From an uncultured Fibrobacterota bacterium (GTDB taxonomy: Bacteria; Fibrobacterota; Chitinivibrionia; Chitinivibrionales; FEN-1185): a stretch of 64,000 nt of DNA. The stretch's first letter is position 1; each line of letters opens with the position of its first letter. The notes under the pieces were generated by a model. That model did not search any database, was not told where the DNA came from, and was given only the letters and a program-made list of their open reading frames with translations. Below, in pieces: positions 9,073 to 17,762 of this stretch. Made by a program: the position numbers and the translations under genes. The stretch is from the NCBI GenBank assembly GCA_963729895.1, contig CAVSQB010000011.1, positions 27,441 to 91,440 on the forward strand. Reading direction: 5' to 3'.

Positions 9073-10377
9073 AGCCCTGTCCGGCTAAACCTCTTGACCA
9101 ATGGCTAATAGAATGATAATTGCACTGGAGCGGAGCGCAAAGAACGTAACCGCTCGTAATTGACCCGTAGTAATTCAATCAAGCTTTCAAAACCAAGCAG
9201 CCTTTCTCGGATAACCCGCAGTAATTCCAGCATGGTGAAGGCATACCGTGCTTGGAATTTTATAAACGACAACAGGAGATACAAGATCATGGCTATCCAC
9301 ACCTGTGTCATTACCGCGTTTTCGCTGGTCCCGTAGAACGTCTTTATCTTCAAGTGCTGCTTGATCCACTTGAAAAATGTTTCTATCTCCCATCTTCCCT
9401 TGTACAGTGCAGCAATTGTCGTTGCCGACAACGTGAAATTGTTCGTCAGAAAGACCAGGTTCTTGTTTAACTCCTTGTTGTAATACTGTATCAGTCGCAG
9501 CTTCTCCGGATATGCCTTGCTTTCGTAAAAATTCGACATTTCGACTTCCTGATCACGGATAATTCCGCGTCTTACGTTCGGTTCTTTGTGCTGTCCGACA
9601 AGATGATATGCCATGTTGGATTTTGCCAGGATCACGAATGTAACACCAGTCGTATGCAGTGAATGAAGCCAGCCAAAATCTGTGTAGCCTCGATCAATGG
9701 TGAGGATGCTGTCCGGCGGAAGCGCAGGAAAATCATATTCGGCATCTTTCACCACCCGAATGTCATGGACTTTCCCGTCCGTCATCCGGATAAACGACGG
9801 TAGGTAACCGTCATGGTCCAGAAGCATATGAAGTTTCAATCCACCTTTGCGCCTGCGATACCGTGCCCATGGAAACGATGACAGACATACGCTGATCAAG
9901 GTTGAATCATGCGTAAATACCGGAACCTTTACCCGAAAGTCATGACGAGGTGCCAATCGCTGGCATTTATCCAGAAACTGATAGAAAAGATCTTCAAACA
10001 TCTTGTATGGCCGGAGAGCGAGTGCATCTGCCAGTGTACTGCGGGCTACACTCGCAAGACCAATATGTTCCCACTTATCCGCATTGCTCTTCAGACACGC
10101 TTCTACATCCCGAAAGCTGACCAAATCCTTTACCAGCGAAAAGAGCAAAATCTGCATCTCCTGCCAGCAGGTCATGCTCTTTACGTACCTGTCTCCTTCG
10201 TACCGATTAACAATGCGCCAGAATCCCTTCCGATTCAACAGTTGCGTTATCTGATTGAATATTGTATTTCTTCTGTTCAAGGGCTGCCTCCTCTTTTTAA
10301 TCGTCAAAAACTAAACCTTCAACGATAAAAATAGGTTGGTAGCCCTTCTCTTGTTGTCAATTTAACCGGACACTACT
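9073..10377 (-). mobile_element. Intact IS4-family insertion sequence (about 1.3 kb) with an 11-bp target-site duplication
   Basis: Imperfect terminal inverted repeats: AGCCCTGTCCGGCTAAA at 9073 versus AGTAGTGTCCGGTTAAA (reverse complement ending at 10377). Identical direct repeat GTACAAAAACC at 9062-9072 and 10378-10388. Visibly more AT-rich than the flanking DNA. Confidence 0.8.
9105..10307 (-). CDS. IS4-family DDE transposase
   Basis: 400-aa ORF with the C-terminal YREK-type block ALYKGRWEIETFFKWIKQHLKIKTF and DDE-region blocks VFTHDSTLISV and LTIDRGYTDFGWL. Confidence 0.85.
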   Translation of the reverse strand: MTIKKRRQPLNRRNTIFNQITQLLNRKGFWRIVNRYEGDRYVKSMTCWQEMQILLFSLVKDLVSFRDVEACLKSNADKWEHIGLASVARSTLADALALRPYKMFEDLFYQFLDKCQRLAPRHDFRVKVPVFTHDSTLISVCLSSFPWARYRRRKGGLKLHMLLDHDGYLPSFIRMTDGKVHDIRVVKDAEYDFPALPPDSILTIDRGYTDFGWLHSLHTTGVTFVILAKSNMAYHLVGQHKEPNVRRGIIRDQEVEMSNFYESKAYPEKLRLIQYYNKELNKNLVFLTNNFTLSATTIAALYKGRWEIETFFKWIKQHLKIKTFYGTSENAVMTQVWIAMILYLLLSFIKFQARYAFTMLELLRVIRERLLGFESLIELLRVNYERLRSLRSAPVQLSFY

Positions 10378-10596
10378 GTACAAAAACCATAACTAAAATC
10401 CGCCTCAAAATGGAACCTTGTCCCGATTTGAATACATATCCTGCTGTCCAACCTGCCGTTATCAAAATAATACTTATTGCCAAAAGTCCTTCTAAGAGAA
10501 TGCTCAGAAACACCTACAATCGGAGTGTCACCCTATTTCGGCAAAATCAGGTGGTCAAGATCTGGTTGTTAGGACAAGGAGTGTTATCATGGTTAA

Positions 10597-11073
10597 GAAG
10601 AAGAATATTCCGGTCACGTGCTGATGGAAAACCGAAATGGGTTGTGTGTTGATATCGCCATTGCGCCAGCGACGGGGACAGCGGAACGGGATATGGCGCT
10701 TGAGCTGATAAAGCATGAACGCAGGCGCGGAAAACGCCGGATGAAGACGGTGGGTGCAGACAAAGGGTATCATGCAACCGAATTTATCAAGAGCCTGCGA
10801 CGCCTGCACGTGAAGCCTCACATTGCCGAGAAGGCCAACACTTCGCTTAAAGGGTTGGATGGAAGAACGACTCGGCATAAGGGATACAGCGTAAGTCAAA
10901 GGAAACGAAAACGGGTTGAAGAGATATTTGGGTGGATCAAGAGCGTCGGTGGCCTGCGGAAAACTCGGGTAAGAGGAATACGAATCAACCAGACTGTTGC
11001 CTACGTGGTTGCCGCAGCGTACAACTTGATACGCATGGTTAAGTTGATGCCGCAAACGGTGGGGGCAGCATGA
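10597..11073 (+). pseudogene. Remnant (C-terminal half) of an IS5/IS1182-type transposase gene
   Basis: GHVLMENRNGLCVDIAIAPATGTAERD..VGADKGYHATEFIKSL..RKRVEEIFGWIKSVGGLRKTRVRG. In-frame TAA at 10594-10596. No N-terminal half is present; upstream DNA is only faintly similar and crosses frames. Confidence 0.7.
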
Positions 11074-11522
11074 GAATGGCCTGGGAATCCGGGGAAATGC
11101 CTCGGAACGAGGCAGGTAAAACCTCTCTGACATATGTAAAGTTGAAGTTAGGTTCATAAAAAATCAACAAGAGCGCTTCTGTTAGGACTATTTCAACAAC
11201 CTGCTAGTACTATTTAATGTGCCGTCCCCATCGATTGGGTACGCGGTTGCAACCCGTTTGATTTTGTTGCCACCCTTGGCCTTGTTACTTTGTCAGAGAT
11301 TCGCGCTGCCGGACATAGGTGACAGGCTGACGCAGCAGTAAAGCCAACTATACTAATGGTATATTTGCGGAAAGTCAGAAGCTATAACTATTGGCGGGCA
11401 TGTAGAGTGATTGCCTGTTGTGCGGAAAGATGCGGTTTTGGCCTGAAGTTTGAAGCGAACGCGTTCCGAAAAGAATTTCGTGAGTGTCTGATTTGTCATT
11501 CGTTTCCGTATTGTACAAACCC

Positions 11523-13178
11523 CTATTTTTCCAAAATGACCGTCACCACGTGCTGGTCCTGCCGCTGGTTCTCAAATGCCAGCATGATCCAGTCGTCCGA
11601 GCGCGCGACCTTCGACAGGTGAATTTCGTCGAGAGCGCCTATCATCGAGCGGGTTCCGTCAGAGCCGATGGTGAACAAGGCCGTGGGGCTGTCGGCGGCC
11701 TGCGGCGAATACGAACCTGTGGAACCGCACAATCCGCCGTCCACAAAGAAGGTGGCCGTGCCGGTTGACGGCTGCCAGCGGAATGCGTAGTAGTGCCACT
11801 GGTTAAGAGGCATGTCGCGCTGGGCCGTTATGGCACCCTGGCCAATAGCCCTGAAGGTCGGCCGGAGGCCGGGCGCGCCCGTTGCGGCGCTGTCGCCGAA
11901 CCACAATTCCTTGTCGCCCGAATCGGCCATGGTGTCATCTTTGCGTTTTGAGAACACCACGCCTCCGGGCGCCGAGAGATTCACCCACGCACAGGCGGTG
12001 AAACCTGCGGCGGCCATGTCCGTAACCGGCGCGTCGGTCGGAATGCTGTCTCTCTGGGCAAACACCTGTCCCTTACCAACGAAACCGTCCTTGCCGGTCG
12101 AGGAGACGTAGTCGTTGCCGTTGGCTGCGTTGGGCGTTGCGTCTTTGTAGAGGCCAGGAGTTCCAACGCCGGCCTGGTCCTCTTCAAGGTGCCACACGCC
12201 TGCAAATCCCCGGCCGGTGTCGAAAACCGCGGGCGGGTTCGAGAGCGCGGTCGCGCTTGTATTTCCCCAGAACATTCGCACGAACTGCAGTGCGCTCTCC
12301 GGATACACGGTGTCGAGACTAAGCCAGATAACGGCCGCCGTGTCCCATTCCGCAATCTCGTAGGGCAGCGCCTTGCCGTTCGCTTTTGCAAACCGCAGGT
12401 CGGCCCCGCCCGGCTGGGCTTGGGAGAAGGTGAAGTTGGAGGCCGAGAGCCGGACAACCAGGCTGAAATCGACAACGGCGGTTTGCACGGGAACGCCTGA
12501 GTTGGATGTGTTGATCTGTATCTTCGCCGAATGCGCCCAACCCGGGAAAGGATTGAGGACCGTGGTGTCCGAAGGCCCGACCGTTACATTTGCAAAGAGC
12601 TGCACCGCGGGACCGGAGGCATTTGCTTCGAACTGCAACCCGGGATAAACGCCCTGGGCAACGGAATCGAACATCACCGACTTGTCGCCGGTATTTTTCT
12701 TCGCGTACATCGTTGTGCCTGTCGCGATCACATAGCCGGACAATTGCACAAGGCTGTCCGGCAGGTTTACCAGGAGGCGGACGGATTTACGCAGCGAATC
12801 TTCGGAAAGGACAAGGGTTCCACGATCGGACTGCACAACAATTCCGCTCGCAAGCAGCCTCAAGCCGGAGGCAAAGCCAAGGGCCTGGAGGTCGTAGGTG
12901 CCGTGATGTATGCCTTTGAACCGGTACGTTCCCGTGGAGTCGGTGGTATCGGTTGCGTTTCCGGGAACCTGGCCGCCGAACGCAGGATTGAAGTCTGCCG
13001 GCACAAGGGTGACGCCGGCGCCCGGAATGCCGGCGCCGTCCGGGGCGACAATGCGGCCGGACACTTCGGTATCGGACCCGCCGCCCGCATACATAGGAGG
13101 AGAACACGCAAGCGATCCGGCGCACACAAGGGAGGCAACTGTCCACTTGAGCTGGCTGGTGAGCAGTTTTGGTGGCAT
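11523..13178 (-). CDS. Exported DUF2341 + LamG-like domain protein with an N-terminal carboxypeptidase-regulatory-like module
   Basis: Signal/lipobox-like LVCAGSLACS. VSGRIVAPDGAGIPGAGVTLV..TDSTGTYRFKGIHHGTYDL. Core ADLRFAKANGKALPYEIAEWD..MFWGN. LamG-like tail GALDEIHLSKVARSDDWI. Same architecture as 58469-60163. Confidence 0.75.
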   Translation of the reverse strand: MPPKLLTSQLKWTVASLVCAGSLACSPPMYAGGGSDTEVSGRIVAPDGAGIPGAGVTLVPADFNPAFGGQVPGNATDTTDSTGTYRFKGIHHGTYDLQALGFASGLRLLASGIVVQSDRGTLVLSEDSLRKSVRLLVNLPDSLVQLSGYVIATGTTMYAKKNTGDKSVMFDSVAQGVYPGLQFEANASGPAVQLFANVTVGPSDTTVLNPFPGWAHSAKIQINTSNSGVPVQTAVVDFSLVVRLSASNFTFSQAQPGGADLRFAKANGKALPYEIAEWDTAAVIWLSLDTVYPESALQFVRMFWGNTSATALSNPPAVFDTGRGFAGVWHLEEDQAGVGTPGLYKDATPNAANGNDYVSSTGKDGFVGKGQVFAQRDSIPTDAPVTDMAAAGFTACAWVNLSAPGGVVFSKRKDDTMADSGDKELWFGDSAATGAPGLRPTFRAIGQGAITAQRDMPLNQWHYYAFRWQPSTGTATFFVDGGLCGSTGSYSPQAADSPTALFTIGSDGTRSMIGALDEIHLSKVARSDDWIMLAFENQRQDQHVVTVILEK

Positions 13179-13628
13179 TTTTACATCCGGTCACTTATGC
13201 CGTCGTTCCGGTGGAACTGGACGAACCCCGAGTCCGGCCGCGGGCGGAAGACTGCCGCACCCCGAACCTTTCAACAACCGATTTTGCCCGGATTTCGACG
13301 GCTACCCCTTAATATAAAAGAAAACCAATGAAATTTCACGTATGAATAACATTGCCGCCGGTTGGGACGGGGTTCTTCGATAGCCAAAGAGTTGGTCGAG
13401 TGATGAATCCCAAAGTTTGGGCATTCCCCGAAACTTGCTTCGGGGTTGGCAAACGACTGCAAGATTCTTCTTTCTTAGGGATGGAAGATGCCTCGCAGCG
13501 TGCTGCGAAGTTCTTCACTTCCCAAGCAAATGGGCTTCGGACAAATCGTGTCGAGCGCCTCGGCAATCTCCAAAGCCCAATGACAAGTGGTGCAAAGGAT
13601 CTTTGGCCAACCTGTAACGAGATATCGC

Positions 13629-13790
13629 GGGTGCCCAATAGAATCTTCGCTCCACATTTTCTCCCTCGCCCTACGGCGACCCTTGGAAGCACCCGAAAGG
13701 GTGGAGAGGGCGGGGTAAGGGTTTCCACTGGATTCTCGCAGCCAAACTGCCTTGGGGGGGTCACCGGGCTCAGCTATCCAAATACATTTC
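13629..13790 (+). repeat. R1 composite repeat (leader + hairpin module + GGGTCACC unit)
   Basis: gggtgcccaatagaatcttcgctccacattttctccctcgccc...gagagggcggggtaagg...ggattctcgcagcc..gggggtcaccgggctcagctatccaaatacatttc. Collinear with 30672-30873. Confidence 0.8.
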
Positions 13791-13933
13791 TTCGAGCTTC
13801 GTATTCATCAACCACAGATTGATTTGATTCATCCACAATCACATCGGCTTCCCTGGCCAAGATAATATATTTTGATGCGAAACGATCCTTTCGCAAACCG
13901 AATCCATTAGAGGCGGTCTCGGAACACATAGCT

Positions 13934-14917
13934 ATGAAGAACCGACAAGACAACATTGCCGCGCTCGCTCTTAGCCTCATACTTATGTTTCATTGTCAAG
14001 CATTCTCGCAGCGTGTTGAAAAGTACTCAGTGTTTTTCGGCAGGTGCGCGGTCTACAACGATACCAATTCGTATATGGCCCTGCGCTCCTTTTCCCGCGC
14101 GGGAAGACCTTATTACCTCGTGGTAAATACCCGGGACCTCTTCACGCGGATTGTTGCGCAGGACAGCGGTCGTTGTGAGAGGGCTTCGCTTCGGGAGATG
14201 CGCCTGGAATTCAAAACCGCACCCTACGTGCTTGCTCTTGACAGTGCGGAAAACAGGTCGGCCCTTGTCCAGGATGCCGGGCTCACGCACGGCTCCGTGC
14301 GCCAGAAAGGCATCGATCTCACCGCGGACCTGTGCCCGTCCAAACTCCCGCTGGACAGAAAATTCTTTGCCGAGCTTATCGACCAGTTCCTGCCCGAGGA
14401 AAAGCCGATACCGATAGCGCTTTCGGTGACGGGCAACTGGATGAACGGCCATCAGGAAGATTTGCGCTGGCTGATAGGCCTTGCTAAGAAAGGCGATCTC
14501 GCCATCACGTGGATCAACCATTCATACAATCACCGGTGGTACGACAGTATTCCGGTTCAGGAAAACTTCCTTCTCAAAAAAGGGACAAACCTCGATCTCG
14601 AAGTGCTCAAGACCGAACAGAAAATGATGGAGTACGGTATCACGCCGTCGGTGTTTTTCCGGTTTCCGGGTCTTGTATCCGACAGCCTCGTGTTTGCAAA
14701 GATCACCGCCTACGGGCTGATCCCGGTCGGCACCGATGCATGGCTTGCCAAAAATCAATTGCCGAAAGACGGGTCGATCGTGCTCGTGCATGCAAACGGC
14801 AACGAGCCGTACGGCATACAGCGGTTTTTCAAGCTCATTCGGGAACACCGCGACAGCATTAGTGCGGGAAAATGGATGCTCTACGATCTGCGCGAGAGCA
14901 TTGCTTCCGAAAAATAG
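13934..14917 (+). CDS. Polysaccharide deacetylase (CE4/NodB-like) family protein, exported
   Basis: Signal peptide. CE4-like motif series IDLTADLCPS, NHSYNH (HxxxH), FRFPG (RxPxG), GTDAW, VLVHANG (LxH). Confidence 0.65.
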   Translation: MKNRQDNIAALALSLILMFHCQAFSQRVEKYSVFFGRCAVYNDTNSYMALRSFSRAGRPYYLVVNTRDLFTRIVAQDSGRCERASLREMRLEFKTAPYVLALDSAENRSALVQDAGLTHGSVRQKGIDLTADLCPSKLPLDRKFFAELIDQFLPEEKPIPIALSVTGNWMNGHQEDLRWLIGLAKKGDLAITWINHSYNHRWYDSIPVQENFLLKKGTNLDLEVLKTEQKMMEYGITPSVFFRFPGLVSDSLVFAKITAYGLIPVGTDAWLAKNQLPKDGSIVLVHANGNEPYGIQRFFKLIREHRDSISAGKWMLYDLRESIASEK

Positions 14918-14927
14918 CGGAAACCCA

Positions 14928-16289
14928 ATGGGGGAGTTCGTGCGGTTTGCATCTATTGCCACGTCTCTGGCGGTGGCGCTCCTTTGTGTAACGGTCCGAG
15001 GCGCAAAGACCGACTCTGCATCCGTCCCCTTGTTCCGCCTGGACCTCACCCTTGCCGACGTTCCCGCTAATTCGGGCAGCAGTGCGTATTGGCCCACAAT
15101 GGCCCAGTCCAAATCTCTTGCCCTGTCGTTTAGCGAGGCCACCGGCGTCTGCATGCAACTGGCCACCCAGGGAATCCGAAGCCCCTTAGCCCGGCTGGGC
15201 GCGGTCACCGGGTTGGAACTGGGCAGGATTTTCCTCGATAATTACCTTCCGTTCGGCGTCACGTGGATGCACGAGGAATTCCACCGCGCCGTGCTTTCCA
15301 ACAGGGAAATTTCTTCCTATGACGGTATATACGATTTCAACCCGGACATTACGCAACTCAACGTGTACCATGTTTCCGACGAGGCCCTGAAAAACCTCAA
15401 GGCGGAACATCCGGAGGAATTGGTGCGCTGTGAAGCAGCCGGGTACGAAGCCCAGGTAGATCTTGCCGAGGCGCTGTTGCAGGATGGGATGATGCACGGC
15501 TCGCCCTTCATCGAACCGTCCGCACTCTATTCGTTGTTCTCGATGTCGTTTTACATGTGGTTCAACACCACGTCCGAGGCCGATGAGGAAACCCGCGAAT
15601 TCAACGCGAAAGAAACCACAATTGACCAGCGCGATATTGTGGGGTGGGATTTTTCGGCATGGACCTACGACCTGCACCGCCCAGACGAACCCTATGCGGC
15701 GCGCGGTGTTCATCCGGGCGGCGTCGGCATCAACCGGTACATTCTCTGGTCGCAGTTGACTTCCGCAGAACAAAGCTACCTGAGGCTCCAGGCGGCGTTA
15801 TCGTTAGCCAACTTTGTAAGGCCGCAACTCTACGGTGCCGCGCCGTGGCACGCCGGCCTGTTCGGCGAGGACGTGGAATTTACTGCCGGCCTCAGGCACT
15901 ATCTTACGCCGTTCGGCTACGAGATTGGGGCAATCACCGTCATGAGAAAACAGGATGCCGGTCTTGTCGCTTCAGTCAACGTTTACGGCAACGGTCACCT
16001 GGCGCTGCCCGGGATCGACTGTACGCTTCTGAACCTTCCCCTTGGCGGTCCAGCCTCCTTCCTGTCCTGGTCGCCGAGGCTTGCACTCTGGCTGCAGCCC
16101 AAGGGCCAGCGGTTGGACAGCGAGGCGGCGCAGGCGGGCATGCTCGCCTCGGAGCGGCTGGATGTGTGGCTGTCAAGCGCTTCGAGCGCGTACGCGGAGA
16201 TTGAGGCAAAATCGGGCGGCTGGGTCGCGGGAACGGTGTCGCTGGGGCCGGCGCTTGCACTACGGGTGGGAAGCGTGCTTGCGTTTTAA
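14928..16289 (+). CDS. Exported hypothetical protein, possible outer-membrane beta-barrel
   Basis: ATG at 14928, 11 nt after the deacetylase stop (the track ORF begins earlier, inside the upstream gene). Signal peptide IATSLAVALLCVTVRGA. No recognisable domain. The C-terminus ...LRVGSVLAF ends in Phe, which is only weak barrel evidence. Confidence 0.5.
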   Translation: MGEFVRFASIATSLAVALLCVTVRGAKTDSASVPLFRLDLTLADVPANSGSSAYWPTMAQSKSLALSFSEATGVCMQLATQGIRSPLARLGAVTGLELGRIFLDNYLPFGVTWMHEEFHRAVLSNREISSYDGIYDFNPDITQLNVYHVSDEALKNLKAEHPEELVRCEAAGYEAQVDLAEALLQDGMMHGSPFIEPSALYSLFSMSFYMWFNTTSEADEETREFNAKETTIDQRDIVGWDFSAWTYDLHRPDEPYAARGVHPGGVGINRYILWSQLTSAEQSYLRLQAALSLANFVRPQLYGAAPWHAGLFGEDVEFTAGLRHYLTPFGYEIGAITVMRKQDAGLVASVNVYGNGHLALPGIDCTLLNLPLGGPASFLSWSPRLALWLQPKGQRLDSEAAQAGMLASERLDVWLSSASSAYAEIEAKSGGWVAGTVSLGPALALRVGSVLAF

Positions 16290-16420
16290 GTTGAGGCACG
16301 CACAACATCCAATTTGGTTTAAACACGCGCAAAAAGCAAATACGGGCGAAAAGGATTTAGGGGGCGAGTAGCCAGTGGTGAAGCAATAATGGAATTCTTA
16401 GATGTCCTCTCAAAGAAGGT

Positions 16421-16496
16421 TGGTGAGCCGCCAAGGATTCGAACCCCGATCTCCGACAGAAAGAATGTCGTGCTTTGCCACTTAAGCTAGCAGCTC
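16421..16496 (-). tRNA. tRNA-Lys (anticodon CUU) with an atypical anticodon loop (U37) and tandem G-U pairs in the T stem
   Basis: Reverse complement GAGCTGC TA GCTT AAGTGGCA AAGC A CGACA TTCTTTC TGTCG GAGAT CGGGG TTCGAAT CCTTG GCGGCTC A CCA folds as a cloverleaf. The 7-nt loop UUCUUUC gives anticodon CUU with a pyrimidine at position 37. Pairs 50:64 and 51:63 are G-U. CCA is encoded. Confidence 0.75.
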
Positions 16497-16601
16497 AAAG
16501 ACCATGAAATATACGACGCTACGCGGTGCTCGGGCCATTATATTATTTTAATGCGATTGTATCATAAGGGATTTTCGCGGCAATAAGGAATTTCACACTG
16601 C

Positions 16602-17567
16602 ATGACCGTTCCAGATTTCGCCTTTCGGCTTGCCCAAATCAAGAAATTCGGCACCAACTCGTTTTCGACGCTTCTGTTGTACGACGATGTGACCTCGTAC
16701 ACGCTGAAGTCAACCGAGGGGTTTGTCGGTTACAGGGGCGCGGGCAAAATGCTCGTGGTATTCGGCGAGCCGATTTGCGACCCGAAGAAGTATCGCGATG
16801 CGGTGACGGAGTTCAACGCATTCTGCAAGGAACATGGAAAACAGTTTATCTGCATCTGCTGCGGAGAAGAGTTCAAGAACGCGGTTGAAGACATGGACTT
16901 CAGTTCCGTCCGCATCGGCGAGGATTTCATTTTTGAAACGGCCCTGTATGCACCGAAGGGCGACAAGGGGAAAATGGTGCGGCTCGCTAGAAACCACGCC
17001 TTGCGGATAGGCGCAGTTGTCAAGGAATACGACCACAGCAGAGGGCCGGATCCCGCATTGGAAAAAGTTTTCGGCGAAATATCGATGCGCTGGCTTCGAA
17101 AAACAAACCGGTTCAAGGCGCATATCCTGGGTCTCAACCTGTTCGATCACCGGGAGCTCAAGCGGTATTTCTACGCCGAGGTGGGCGGAACACCCGTTGC
17201 GTTCATTGCCTGCCTTCCCATTTTCGGCAGGGACGGCTATCTTCTGGAAGATGCGATCCGCAATCCGGATGCGCCGTACGGCGTGATAGAGCTGATCACG
17301 CTCGCCATCATCGACGAAATGAAGAAGCATGGCGTCAAGATGGTCACTTTCGGAATTTCTCCAAAGCTCGACGTAAGTACGCTGTCCGGGCCTTCCCGCT
17401 TTGTCGCCAACGTGGGAATGTGGCTTGCAAACAAGGCCTTCAACCTTCACAACCTGTATCATTTCCGGAAGAAGTTCCACACCGCTGCCGCGGAACCGTC
17501 GTATCTGCTCAAGTATCCCCGGGGCCTGGGTCTGATTGATCTTGCGAGAATTCTTACTTCGTTCTGA
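16602..17567 (+). CDS. Stand-alone DUF2156 protein (C-terminal domain type of MprF/LysX aminoacyl-phosphatidylglycerol synthases)
   Basis: 321 aa. Blocks typical of the family: GFVGYRGAGKMLVVFGEPICDP, RLARNHALRIGAVVKEY, ISMRWLRKTN..ILGLNLFD, GYLLEDAIRNPDAPYGVIELITLAIIDEMKKHGVKMVTFGISP, FRKKFH..PSYLL. No flippase or transmembrane domain. Confidence 0.7.
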   Translation: MTVPDFAFRLAQIKKFGTNSFSTLLLYDDVTSYTLKSTEGFVGYRGAGKMLVVFGEPICDPKKYRDAVTEFNAFCKEHGKQFICICCGEEFKNAVEDMDFSSVRIGEDFIFETALYAPKGDKGKMVRLARNHALRIGAVVKEYDHSRGPDPALEKVFGEISMRWLRKTNRFKAHILGLNLFDHRELKRYFYAEVGGTPVAFIACLPIFGRDGYLLEDAIRNPDAPYGVIELITLAIIDEMKKHGVKMVTFGISPKLDVSTLSGPSRFVANVGMWLANKAFNLHNLYHFRKKFHTAAAEPSYLLKYPRGLGLIDLARILTSF

Positions 17568-17762
17568 CAAGAAGAGTCCGGGTTGGGCCGATTCATCCTT
17601 CCCGCTACCCGCGGCAATTGCTCCGGAGCCAAAGCGAGAACCATGTACTTCCGGGGATCGTTAATTGTACAATGAAGACAAACAGGGTTTTGTATCTTTG
17701 GCGGGCACAAAAACGTGAACGGCTGCTCTTTTCGTTTTCCCGGGCAAAGGAGGTCCGATCAC

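Noticed and set aside
10555-11157. 200-aa minus-strand ORF
   Set aside because: It is antisense to the IS5-type transposase fragment, whose plus-strand translation carries the recognisable HVLMENRNGL / DKGY / EEIFGWIK blocks.
13336-13822. ORFs of 142 and 156 aa in the 13179-13933 spacer
   Set aside because: They run through R1 repeat modules and overlap each other on opposite strands. They have no RBS or motif support.
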